NCBI GenBank assembly: GCA_051294375.1
Contig: CM119266.1
Span: forward strand, 23,260,413 to 23,324,174
Origin: Paraspadella gotoi
Taxonomy: Eukaryota > Animalia > Chaetognatha
DNA: 63,762 nucleotides
Direction: 5' to 3'
Shown piece after piece: positions 37,485 to 51,912 of the stretch (the stretch's first letter is position 1; every line of letters starts with the position of its first letter). Made by a program: the position numbers and the translations under genes. Under the pieces are notes generated by a model, which was given only the letters and a program-made list of their open reading frames with translations, ran no database searches and was not told the origin of the DNA.

Positions 37485-37874
37485 GAAGGGTGACGCCCCG
37501 AATAGATTACCTGCGAAGGCGAAACTGCGGAGACCGAACATCGAAAATGATGATAAAGACGACGAAGACGACGACGATGATGTCGACGATAATGGACAAT
37601 GTATGGACATAGTTTGTCTCACACCGCGAAAACAACCTTCTTAATACGGGATTTTATATTTGTAAGAAAATGTATAAAAAATAATTATCAGACGGCTTTT
37701 AACTCTTGGGAAAAAGGGAAAAATTTAGAAGGAAAAATGATTTTCATGAAACTCATTTTTTCTTCGTAGTAAAAAAGAAAAAAAAACACAAAAAAAATTC
37801 AGAAAAAAAAAAGGAAAAAAAGAGAGAAAATTGAATCGGAAACAAATGATTTTTTGTCGCCGGCGCTGACGCTT

Positions 37875-37905
<31 letters not shown>

Positions 37906-38384
37906 CCCAGATGTTAAAAAACGTTTCTTTAAAGGATATTTCTTTGAAATGAAATATGGAAATGAAAACCTGAGTGAGTCGAACTGTTATGACTCGCATT
38001 AATGTGCGGATTTTAATTTTAATGATTTGACTTTATTGTGAAATGATAAATTATGATTATAATTATATATATTATATTTTGGGATCTGTAACTATAGTAA
38101 CTATTCATTCTTCTTCCTCTGCTTTTCGTTCATATTCATTCTCGTTCTCCCGAGGCCCTTTCCTCCCATGTCTTCCTCTCTTCGCTCTAATTTCCTTCCT
38201 AGCCTCTCCCCCCCCCTATTCCCTCCCCCATTCCCTCTCTCTCCCCCCTTCGTCCATCCCGACTCTGACCCTCTTTCCGGCTCACATACACCAAGCGGAG
38301 GGACCGATAGATCAAACGCCCGCAAACCCAATTAATTATGTACAGCGAATCCAAAACCGGCCAGAAGAGCGAGAGACGAGGGAC

Positions 38385-38475
<91 letters not shown>

Positions 38476-39699
38476 TGAAGAGAGAGAGAGAGAGAGAGTC
38501 GGGTTTGAGCACAGAATAATGAAGAGAGCGTCAAAGGCTAAAATGTGTTCGAGATGAAAAAAGCAGATTCATATTCAGGTTTAGAAAAAAAAAATTAGAA
38601 AAAAATAGTTGGCAAAGAGGCAGATGTTTTGCGATCCTTCTCCTGATTTTTAAAATTATTCAATTTTTAATCACCATTCAAAGATTAACTTGACGATTTT
38701 TTTTATATAAATGACAAATTTAATCAACTTTCTCACTCCCATCATTTTTCTCCCTTTTCGACTCCGTCTCTTATAATCCCTCTCCGATCCCCCGCACCCT
38801 CTCCAACTTTCTTTCCCCCTTCCATCTATCTCTTCTTTTCTGACTCCCTCTCTATCTTTCTATTACTCTCCCTCTCCCACTCTCTCTCTCTCTCTCTCCC
38901 GTCGGTTCGACAAAAAATAGAATCCGACTAATTCTTCATAAAGTTTGTTTTGATTCTGCGACTTCGGAATCATTAGTCACGAACTCAATTTGACTATTCG
39001 ACTAAAAAAAAAAATGATCCGACATGAAAAGCGGCGAAAAACTCAAAACTACAACCTTTTCCCTCTTTTCCCGCCTCGATCAATCTTACAACAATCGACA
39101 TTAATTAGATGTTGCGAGATTCATTCGTTCACAAAAAACTCATCTTTGTCGGTTCGGGGTTTCGGTCGATCATTCGGTAAATTAGTCACCTAATTCGTCC
39201 TTAGGTTATATCAGACATCGTCTGTTAAAAAAAGAAAAAAAAAGAAAAGAAATAAAGTACCAACTTCCCTCCAACAGCGCCTCATCTCTGGCTCCAGCAC
39301 CGAACCTCTCCATCAGAATCGACCTTCATCCAGATTTTTCGATCTCATTTATCTCGCATTAAAGACCCGTCGTCGTGTCTTCGGCTTCGATTGAGATGTT
39401 TATCCTCCAAACGAAAATACGAATTGAAAAATCGTCTCGCTCCCTCGCGAGAAAAAAAAAAAAATCCGGGTCGGGGTCGGGTGAGGTTAGGCGGATGGGA
39501 AATTTCTGGCCCATTTTTTTCCCGGTTCTTGGATTGTAAAAACGTATTTAGTACAATTTCATAGAAATAATAATACATTGACGCATGTTTTACTGCAAGA
39601 TTATACAATGTATAATATAATAGTGCGGAGTACAATAGGTATTCCCCGATCTAATACTTAATGGAGTGGTCTTTTCATACAATTGAAACATTCTTTGAA

Positions 39700-39975
39700 A
39701 TATTTTCCACTTCATTGATAGGGAAGCCAGGTACTCTGGGAGTGAATAAACGAGACTGTGAGAGAGTCTTGATTGAAAGCTTGCAGGGACCTGCTATGTC
39801 ATTATCTTGTAAGAGTGATGGAGGCCTTAAAGTTTAAGTTTAAGTTAAACCACCAAAGCCTGTCCAAAGTCAGGGGCAAGATAGCTTATTTATTAAATGA
39901 ATGGATAATTTTTATATTGGTTGTACCAATTTCATAATATAATATAATATAATATAATATAATATAATATAATAA
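39700..39975 (+). mobile_element. SINE-like retroposon copy with a (TAATA)n tail
   Basis: Longest copy of the repeat seen at 6153-6300 and 20099-20179. The 5' boundary is uncertain. Confidence 0.6.
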
Positions 39976-40173
39976 TATATATATTAAACAATTTAGTGTC
40001 GATTGAAGTATATTATTTTAAAGGAGGTTATGGTTTATTTTCCTGGGAAAGCGCGTTCGATATCGAATGAGACGAGAGTCATTTGAAATCTCAAAATTGA
40101 GAAGTGGAGTGTCCCCGTGAAATTCTCATCTGGACGATTGCGACAAATCCTGCGAAGAAACGTCCGCTCATTT

Positions 40174-40237
<64 letters not shown>
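40174..40237. repeat. (TCG)n microsatellite
   Basis: Directly visible. Confidence 0.95.
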
Positions 40238-40238
<1 letters not shown>

Positions 40239-41127
40239 CCCAATCGTAAACGTCATCTTCGTCATCTTCCTCGTTTTCGAAAGACGTTAACGATCGTAAC
40301 AATCTCACGGGTCGGCGCCGCCGGACCCCCCAAGCCGCTTTACCGCCCTATCGCCGCCACCCCCTCACACGGCGCGCGCCGCCCCTCTAAAATAAAGGGG
40401 CAAAGGATGACAGTCATCGTCGTCGTCTTTCTCGAGTTTTTAATTCGAAATTCGGCGGCGAAATCATCGTAAAAGTCGCATTAACTTCCGAGTTACGTGC
40501 GTTTCCTCAGAATTTATGAGTCATAAACGTCGTCGTCGTTATCGTCGTCGCCGACAGAGGGCGGAGCGGACGTTTTGGGAAGCGGATCGTGAATCGTGGA
40601 AGTCTTTAGTCACGGATTCAAAGAGTCGGGGACAGAGTGAGACAGAGTAGGAAGAGAGAGAAAGGAGCAGAGGAGCGATGATAACTGATTAGTGTGTGAG
40701 AGTCGGAGTTGATATTAGAAATGAACAGCAGACGAGACTTGGACAAAGTTGATAGAAAAAAGTAAAACCAGAGAAAAAGAGTTTTATTATTAAGATAAAC
40801 AACTTAAAAAATTAAGAAACTAAGAAACTAAGAATTCGCTTTTCCCCGGGATTTCAAGACTCGGACTTAAGACTTAAGCAGTTGTTTTATCTCCCCTTTG
40901 AGACGAATCTCATTCTCGTTAAAAATCCTCTCATAATCCCTACCCTATCCCATTACAATCCCTACCCTATCCCCTTACAATCCCTACCCTATCCCATCAC
41001 AATCCTTACCCTTACAATCCCCATACCCAGTCCCCACTCATCCCAACCCATCTCAAGTCGTCTTCCCCGGTGCGGTGCTTTGAAGCTTTCAAAATTCTCC
41101 TTTCGCTTTCTCTTTCTCTCTCTCCCT

Positions 41128-41168
<41 letters not shown>

Positions 41169-41179
41169 CTCTTCTCTCT

Positions 41180-41219
<40 letters not shown>

Positions 41220-41625
41220 GCCCCCCCGCAATGACGCCTCGCTTTATTCGTATCTGCATAATGAAATCCGATCCAATCGCAATTTCCACCACCATGAAAA
41301 TTGGTTTTTTTTTCCTTTTCTTTTTATCATCTTCTTTTTTCATCTTTTTCTCCTTTTCTCTCGTTTTTAAAGCTATCTCTCTATCTCTTCTCTCTCTTCC
41401 TCTCTTCATCTCTCTCTCGTCTCTCTTCTCTCTCTCTCTCTTTTTCTCGAGATTTGAAATTCCTTTTTTCCTGAAAATCATAAGCGACAAAAATGAAAAT
41501 ATCGTTGCGTCGCGCAAAGGAAGGAAGTTTTTTTTTTTTTTATTTGAATTGGGGGTGTGAATTTGCGAAACGAGAAAAGTCGTTAGGCGCAGAAAGATTA
41601 ACCCTGTCGTAACGATAGGGAGAAG

Positions 41626-41662
<37 letters not shown>

Positions 41663-44384
41663 GGAGAGAGAGAGAGAGAAACAGAGAGAGAGAGAGTAAA
41701 ATCCCATCATTTTCCTCGTTTAACGCAGTGATACATTTCCTGTTTCGGTCAGGGATCGTCCAGGGTATTGCTTCGTCCGTCGACTCGTTTGTCCGTCAGT
41801 CCATCCGTCCATCAGTCCGTCCGTGCGTTTGTCCATCCGTCCATCCTTACACCTGGGTCGACGTCCGTCCAGGTTTCATCAGTCACCGACCAAAACAACA
41901 AGGGGCCGAAGCCTCATTTGCATAAAAGGGTAATTTTCGTCGAACCTCGAGCCGAGTTTGGGTTTCGCAATCTATCAGTTTTCGTTCGGCCCGTGAATCT
42001 GTTTTCTCTCTCTTGCTCTTTGTTCTCTTGTCTGTAGCAAAATAAAACACGAGAAAATGCTGTGTATTTAGGTACTATTTATTTCTTCATATTTTCATGG
42101 TAGGTTGAACAACATTTGTGTATTCTTTATTGTAATACCCTGCGGCGGAGCCAAGCAGCCTGATTGTTGCTATGTTGTTCTTTACGTTCCAAAATTTTGG
42201 AAACGATTTAATTTTAACAATTGATTATCAAATATGTTAAACGTATTTTTTTTTTGGTTTTGGTAAAAAATAAAACAGAAACAAGAAATACTACACTTGA
42301 CGGGTTCGTTCGAAAATAAAAAAAAAAGATATAACATGAATATCTTTTGAGATTTAAACAAAATGTTTAAATGACTTTTCATTATGCATTGGAAAACTTT
42401 AGGTAAAGTTTCTAATAATTCATGTTAACACTTCGGAAAACACTACTTTGTTACTAGATTATTGCAATCACTATGAAAGTGTAACATCACAATATAAGAA
42501 GTAAACATAATCGTAAGATAAAAACAATGACTGGAAAATAAAAAGAGACATTTATGATATAGAATTTTTTTTTTTGTATGATTTACAAATATATGGCAAA
42601 AAGGATTGATCTTGTTAGCAACAAGAGATGGGGTGAATGGTACAGGGTGAAAAAGGAGAGTTAATGAGCGAGATTTGAATACAATCTTCGCTACAATCCA
42701 CAAGTAATAGTTAATAGGACCATATTGACGTCACCGAAGCCGCGCGAGGCCGACCTAAAATGACTAGTGTCTCCGCCGTCGAGTCTCAAACGACGGACTT
42801 CATTCTCTTTCAGCTTTTTTATCTTTCACTGTTTAATGTTCTTTTCTTTAAACATTAGGAAACTTGATCGAGTGATCAAGATCGTATGTCATCTGAGATA
42901 AATATCCACTTTGACTGACTAAAAATGATCGATCCTCGAACGACAAAGGTGGTAAAATATAAGTTGGCTTTTGTTTCTTTTTTACATTGTCAAGAAGCAA
43001 TTGATATAATAATGACTTCGAAAGCTCTTCGTTATCGAGCTCGCACACCGACAAAATTTCACTTTTTTTTTTGCAAATGATATGAATAATTGCTTAATTA
43101 AGGGCGGATTTTGTTTCAGGATATATTACAAGTCTGAATAGATCGCGTAAAAAAACCGTAAATTAAGTTTATTTAGTTCATAAGTTAATAATCTTCTAAA
43201 ATTAAATTATTATAAAGGATTAAAAAACAAAAAAAATGATAATTTGCTACCTTGAGACCCTGATTAAAGCCCTAGTTGGTTTCAGTAGAGGAGTCGATAC
43301 ATTTCCGACTCGCACATTGCGCCTTTGGCACAATTACTAACGGAATACGAGACGCTAAAAAAATTCAAGTACCTTGTTTGGAGCATGTGATCACCTTAAT
43401 AAATTCGTAGGGCCCAAAAGATGGGCCCATTAAGGCATATCTGGCGGACCGTGTTTTCGCCACTAATCGCAAATGTACGTCTAAAATTGCTATTGATTGA
43501 ATTTAAAATTTAGCGCGTCCTTGTCGGGAAACCCTGGTCCACGCCGTAAAATATAAAAACAAGTTTTGACTCAATATGTCGCAAACCCTGATCGCAGAGC
43601 GAATAGAAAAACTAAACAATAGTTATTCGATATTAAAACAAAAACTCTAGATTTAAAAAAAAAATACATCGGACTAAAAAAGTCGCTGCAATTCGCAATC
43701 ATCAAATATACTTCATTTTAATTTTTAATCATCTCCGATTCGATCTTTCGTCTCGAATATTTTTGTGGATCGTTGGTTCGGATTGTAATATATATATTTT
43801 TTGGAAGATTTTTTATAAAGAAGAAATATTTACATAGTAACGGAACCTTTGGTCGTCTCTGTCGAGGAGTAATTTGCATACCGTTAATACGTTTATCACA
43901 CGATTTATTTTATAACTGCTTTAAGGGTGCGAAAAATTAATGGTGACCGAGTGTTCTTTAAAAATTAACAAAAAGGCCAGAAATAATTAAATTGTTAAGT
44001 AAAATGTCCGCTATATTTAATCACGTCTCTGACCTCAAGGAACGACGTTCATTCGGAGAAAAAAGTTTTATTTTTATTCTGGTCTGCGTGAAACACTCTT
44101 CCCTTCTTTTTTCACATCGTTTTCATGCACCTGCTGCACCTGTCACAATTCACCTCCTTTCCCTTTTGTTTAGCGCTTTGTTGTCTCACTAGACTACGAG
44201 AATCTGCGGCAGCGCCGACGGCGTCAGCGGCGGCGTCGGCGGCGTCGGCGACCTCTCTCGTCGCCGACGCAACATCCTCTTCCCATTTATTCGATGGCTT
44301 TTACTCTTGGCTTCAACAACTGACCATCTGGGTTCCACGGGATTAGAAAACGCGACGCCATGAGAGAGAGAGAGAGAGAGAAGA

Positions 44385-44431
<47 letters not shown>

Positions 44432-44837
44432 ATAATCAAACAGACTGACAGATCGACATAGTAGACAGAAAGATGAACATCATTCCTTTCGGTCGGAGAC
44501 CATGACACTACTCGTGTTTAAGTCATGACTAAAACATATTTTTTCAAAATAGTTAGCGCGAGAACAAAAAAATAAACGTATTCATCATTAAAATACCTTG
44601 TAACGCCAGAGTCAGGCATAAGATTTTTGACGGCGATAAAAAAAAAGAATTGACAAAAAATGGCGGTGGTTGAAATAAAGGAGAGAAATAGCGAGAGAGA
44701 GAGAGAAAGAGAAGAGAGTGAAAAGGTGGCGGGGGTGCAAAAGTCGGTGGGTGGGAAAAAGGGGATGAGTGGCGAGGGAGAGTGGTTGTATTGCGAAAAG
44801 AGGAAAGAGAGAGAGAAGCGGAGAGGAGAGAGAAGAG

Positions 44838-44873
<36 letters not shown>

Positions 44874-46043
44874 CAAGCAAGCGCTTTTGAAGCAATTGAA
44901 TTCAAAAAAACATGGGGAAATACAGATGTCAAGATGAGTCGAATTTATTTATTTTTTAATAATGATCAATTAAATTTTTTTGGGTTTTTTCTTTTCTTTT
45001 CTTTTTTTCAACTCGGCCAATTTGAGGAAGAGAAAAAAAAAGTAAATAGATGGACTAAAGTTGATGCGTTGAGATCGAATTAAGGAGATAAAGTGAGAAG
45101 GAATGGCAAGAGGGCAGCCTCGTCAGATCCAGTCGCATACATACACGACGACTTTTTAACTTTCGTTGTTGTTGTTGTTGTTGTTGTCCTTTTTATTTTG
45201 ACGCTGAGAGAGGGAAGCGAAGGGGGGAAGAAGGAGAGAGGGACCGATGCGGCGCCAAGTCCAAAATAGACGGCGCCATCTTTCAGGCGGCGCCGCGATT
45301 CTCTTTTGTTTTTTTGTTTTTTCGTCGATCAAATATTTTTTTCTTTTTTTAGTTCAGTTTCGATGATATGACAGTCGCGACTGGCAAAGGATTTGGGGAG
45401 GAAAGAGGGGGGACGAGTGGAAGGGGGAAAAAGGGGCGTCGTCGATGCGGAGAAAGTCAGTCGTTCGATCTGCGAAAAATAAAAACAAATTATTATAAAC
45501 GATAAACTCAAAAGATCATCCATATACAAAACAATAGTATTCATAACTATTATTATCGTTAATAACAAAACTAAAACGACTAATCGTTAACTCGCTGTTT
45601 TCGAGCTCGCCAAAGTCTAGCATTGACAACAGTTAATAAATAGTGCAAGAATAAATGCGTTGAGTCAAAAGTAATAAATTCGGAGATAATGGATTCTGTG
45701 GCGAAGAGAAGGAGAAAATATCTCCCGTCGAAATCTTTACCTTGACTGATCGGTTTTCACCACCCGGACTGCATCGTCCACCTGAAACCGACCCGTCGTT
45801 CGTCGCGAGAGGAAGCGTTAATAAAAAAGAGAAAAAATAATATTATTAAAATAAAAATAAATAAAAAAAAAATATTTAAAAAAAAAGTTTGTTTGATGAA
45901 ATCGAAGCGTTGCTTTTGATCGTCGAGCCGACAAAAGGTAGGAAAGAAAAATGAAGAGAAATGAGATGGACAGATGTGAATTTTACGAGACCGAATATCA
46001 TTTATCATTTATCTTTTGAGAGAGAGAGTAGAGAGAGAGAGAG

Positions 46044-46119
<76 letters not shown>

Positions 46120-47170
46120 TGAGTTTAAGCTTGAGAATCGGTGAAGATGGGAAGTTTTTTTAAACAAACTCACGCTCGAATGAACGCGAGCGAAGGCGAG
46201 GACCCAGACGAGAAACTTTCCTTGGGTGGAATGTTGAGAGGGTTGTGGGTGCGGCGATGAGGTGGTGTCTCAGGAGTTAGGGATTGTGACCGAAGTTTAG
46301 GTTTAAATTGCTTATTGTTTCGCTAATAACGCAAGATATATTTATTAATTAACATACACTGTGAAATAATATAGAATAGTTCTGCTTATAAGTATCTCTG
46401 TTGACAAATTACGTAAAGTACAGCGTCAACGTTTCACGTTTATTTCCTATAAACAAATGAGACTTTCTGATTAAATATTTCTCGAGTCGTTAGCGAGAAA
46501 AGAGAACGAAGGGAGAGCGAGGGTGAACGGAAGGCGGAAGAGGAGAAATTCCGAGGGAGGGGGGCGGAGGGAGGAGAGAAGAAAGGGTATAAAAAATGAT
46601 GGCGTTAAGGGATAGAGAGAAAAAAAAGAAGTAGAGAACAGAGGCGGGGTGGCAGCGGTGTTGCAAATACGCGTCATCATCATTAGGCGCTGAACAATTC
46701 CACAATCATTAGGATCTGGCATCGAGGCAGCTAAATGGTTCGGGTGGAGGAACGAGGAGGAGGAGGAGGAGGAAGAGGAGGAAAAAATATGAGGAGGATA
46801 AAAAGGAGGAGGTGGCGGTGTAGAAGAAGAGGGGGGAATGAAAAAGAGAAAGGGAAAAAAAACCAACGAGATCGCGAGACGAGTTGATCAGATGAATGAA
46901 GCAGATGCTGACATGAAATGAACGTCACTTGAAAAAAAAAAAATTCGCGAAAACAAGTGTTAATGACTGTGAGAAATATATCTTGCTTTGTTTTTACGTT
47001 ACTTTGAGCGTAATGAGCCTTGTAACGTTGAAATAGTTTTAAAAAATATGATTCGGGTGTAATAAAATTATTTTTTTTTAATGAATATTATGACGCGCAG
47101 TACGAAATTGGACTAGCGTAAAATTCACATCAGACGAAGAGTTTTTTTTAGTTTTATCTCACTTTTCTGG

Positions 47171-48263
<1,093 letters not shown>

Positions 48264-50658
48264 CTGCGGGAAAATTAATAGATTCATTAAATAAAACAAC
48301 TATAAAAGAGACTATAAATAATCGGTATCTAAGTTTATGTTGTAACCTCCAATATTTTTAATTCGATCAAACTCGCACATGATCCGGCTTCACTATTTTC
48401 CCTTACGCCACCGCCACGTCAATCTCAGGCCACATTCGTGTCACCGCTTCGTCACAACCATCGACTTTTACCCCTTAAAATGGCGCATTAAATATTCCAA
48501 CGAAGTGAAAAAATATTTCCATTTTTCATCNNNNNNNNNNACAACCAACGACTTTTACCCCTTAAAATGGCGCATTAAATATTCCAAGGAAGTGAAAAAN
48601 NNNNNNNNNNNNNNNNNNNNNNNNNNNNNNNNNNNNNNNNNNNNNNNNNNNNNNNNNNNNNNNNNNNNNNNNNNNNNNNNNNNNNNNNNNNNNNNNNNNN
48701 NNNNNNNNNNNNNNNNNNNNNNNNNNNNNNNNNNNNNNNNNNNNNNNNNNNNNNNNNNNNNNNNNNNNNNNNNNNNNNNNNNNNNNNNNNNNNNNNNNNN
48801 NNNNNNNNNNNNNNNNNNNNNNNNNNNNNNNNNNNNNNNNNNNNNNNGAAAGAGAGGTTTCGTTGATTTCAGAATTTGAGATAAGAAGACAAAGCTATCT
48901 AAGGTGAGGTTTTAATTCTTTTGGGAATAATTTCGATAAATTCAAGTCTATAACATAGATTTTAAACTGTGTGCTGGAAGAGTCTGTAAAGAAAATTCAC
49001 TTACTAAAAGTTATAGGTCCGCTAAAATACTATTCTGACACAAATTACAGTAAAAACTCAGACCAGCGCTATTTTTTTTTTAAATTAGTTGTGGTATTTC
49101 ATACGGTTCACACTTTACACATCCCCAACACCCCGCGTCATCCTCGCTCGAATCGGACAGATTTTCCAAGGACTCGATTTAAATTTCAAATTTCGAAAAA
49201 AAAGAAGTTTGAAACTCATCGTTCGTTTGATTGGAATTTATCGTTCCGGTGGATGCAAACAACGAGGTCGTTTGAGAGAGAGAGAGAGAGAGAGTGAGAG
49301 AGAGAGAGAGAGGAGAGAGAGAGTAGGAGAGAGAAGAGAGGAGAGAGAGAGAGAGAACGAGAGAGATCAAACGGCCGAGAAAACCCATTAATTAATTCTC
49401 CCACTGACATCCGCTTAGACTCGCATACAAAACACGTCAACGTTCCACATTACACAACCAACCGCGCACCATGAATTCTCCCGCTTCGGCCCATATTTAC
49501 TCGTTCTCGCGATCATTACTAGATCGAGCGAGAATTTTTCCGATTTTATTATTTTTTTCGCCTTCGTAATTAAAAGAATTGCAAGGACGACGATGACGAC
49601 GACGACGACGACGATGACGGGAATTCTAATGACCGTCGCACTGACCTCGGGCGAAGGGAAAGATTTTTTTTTTCTGTTCGGACAACTCGTTTCTGTTTGA
49701 GTTCCTCTTCGCTAAAATTCGTTTTTTTGCGGATGCAGAGACGCATCTTCGCAGCAACAATTCAGTGAACCATTTTCAATTGTTTCTCGAAATCATCTGA
49801 CTTCAGTCTGCCCGTTTGTCTGACTGTTCTGAAACATATACTATAATTTTTTCAATATTTTTGATCGTTGTATAATGTATATCTTATTTCGTAAACCTTC
49901 CCAGATATCTCTCGTTCCATTCATCCGTTCTGGCCGCCGGGTTCCCTTTTACCTTGTACCCATTTTTCTTCTGAATTTTGAACTAGTTTTGATTCCGGTC
50001 AAGTCAGTCGTTGTCCGTTTGCATATATTCGTTAAACTACTTAATCAACTTCGATTTTGAATATTATTCTTTATTAAATCCAATCTTATCGTTTCATTCA
50101 TTTTATACTCATTGTGTTCCTCCAACCTCACATGCTTTTTCTGCAGAGGAACGGTAACAAGTGGGAAACGGTCAGGGTTAAAAGAGTGAAAGTAAGGAAT
50201 TCGAGAAGGAAGCCAAACCATCGACAAAAAATTCCCCTTCCAAGCAGGTGGTGAACCTCGAACCGGAAAAAAATCTATATTAAGGAATAGGATGAAGGAG
50301 AGCAGAGAGAGAGGATGAGAGAGGAGAAGATGTGAAGAGAGAGATGAGAGTGAAGAGAGGAGAGTATGAAATAAAAGGGCAGGGAGGGTAGGAGACTAAA
50401 GAGGAGGAAGCTGCAGGGCGGAGATGAGCGAAAGATAGTTGTGAAGGAATAGCCAAAGAAAGAAAAGTAAAGAGAAGATAATAAAAGAGGAGTAGCTAAG
50501 AGATGCGAGGGTGAAGTGGAGGAGTGCCCGGAAATAGATATTCATTCTCGCGAGATGATCGGCGCTCGAGGGATGGAAAACGGAATAAAGAATGTCTTCT
50601 TGCGTTCGAGTGAGTTATTCTTAATTTATTTCGGATTCGTGCGAAAAGGACTGAGGAT

Positions 50659-50710
<52 letters not shown>

Positions 50711-51492
50711 TGAGAGAGAGACGAGAGAGAGAGAGAGAGAGAAGACATAAGGACAGAGTTGGGGGGAGTGACTCAAGAGTTTATTGATTGATGAATTGAT
50801 AGAAGTTATAAAAAAGAGGAATTTTGTGTTATATTGTTGTTGAGACTTTTGTAATTGTTTTTTAATTCACAAAAGTTATAGTTTATATTTATCAAGTTAC
50901 ATCTTCATGAATTTAAAAAGCCAAACCGATTTCAGGAAAATCGTCATAAAAATAAAAAGAGGGGAAAAAAAAGCCCAGTTAAAGCGATTCTGGAATCTCA
51001 AATCTTTTTTTTTCGCCAAAAACTTCGCCAATTTTTTGCTGGAACCGTGGAATGAAAGGTTCAAGATTGAAGCCGGCAAAGAAGGAGAGGGGCGAGAGGT
51101 GTGTGTTGAGCGAATATGAGGAGGGAAAAAGAAAAAGGAGAAGAGCGGAAGGAGAAATAACCGGAAGGGTCGGGGAATTCAGGGTTACTAATTTTCGAAT
51201 CTTTCGTCCTTTTTGACGAATCGTCGCTGCCGTTCGTCAAAACGCGACGGAAGACGGACGTAATAAGGATGGAAACGGTACCGACGCCCTTTGACGAATT
51301 TTCGAATGAGAGATGCGTCATAATTGGGTCATGGTGGTCCGGACGATTATAAAACGGGGTGGCCCCAACCCGATATCAATTTGGCGGTCATTTACCCGAG
51401 ACCGCGAACCATCTTTCGATGATTTATATAAAGGAGAGAGAGAGACGAGAGTAGAGACGAGAGAGAGACGAGAGAGAGAGCGAGATCGAAGA

Positions 51493-51526
<34 letters not shown>

Positions 51527-51812
51527 CGGAGAAGAGAGAGAAGTGTTGGAAAAACAGACAGCAGATGCGGTCGTTGAATTGTGAAACAAACTTTTCCACC
51601 GCGAAAAAAAAATTCGGCTTATTTTACCTTCAGCCATTTTGTTTTTCTTCTATCTTTTGTTCTTTTTGCATTCTTTTTTTTTCTTTTTATCCAATTTTTT
51701 CCCGTTCGCCGACAGTTCAGCTACAAGAAAGAGGCTTTCTTGATTAAATATGCAAATTGAGTTTTAAGGTGTGAAGTTTTTTTGATTGAAAAACATGATT
51801 ATTTAGGAATAT

Positions 51813-51875
<63 letters not shown>

Positions 51876-51876
51876 G

Positions 51877-51912
<36 letters not shown>

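Noticed and set aside
43247-43289. ccttgagaccct, resembling miR-125/lin-4, in a short hairpin
   Set aside because: Seed mismatch, and the hairpin is too short (~43 nt).
44281-44345. Minus-strand hairpin whose 5' arm (UCCCGUGGAACCCAGAUGGU) vaguely resembles miR-10/99/100, at roughly the position expected for miR-10
   Set aside because: Only two 6-bp helices with large loops, and the seed does not match; not a credible pre-miRNA without small-RNA data.
48455-48600. ~65-bp direct repeat either side of an N-gap
   Set aside because: Most likely an unmerged contig overlap (assembly artefact).
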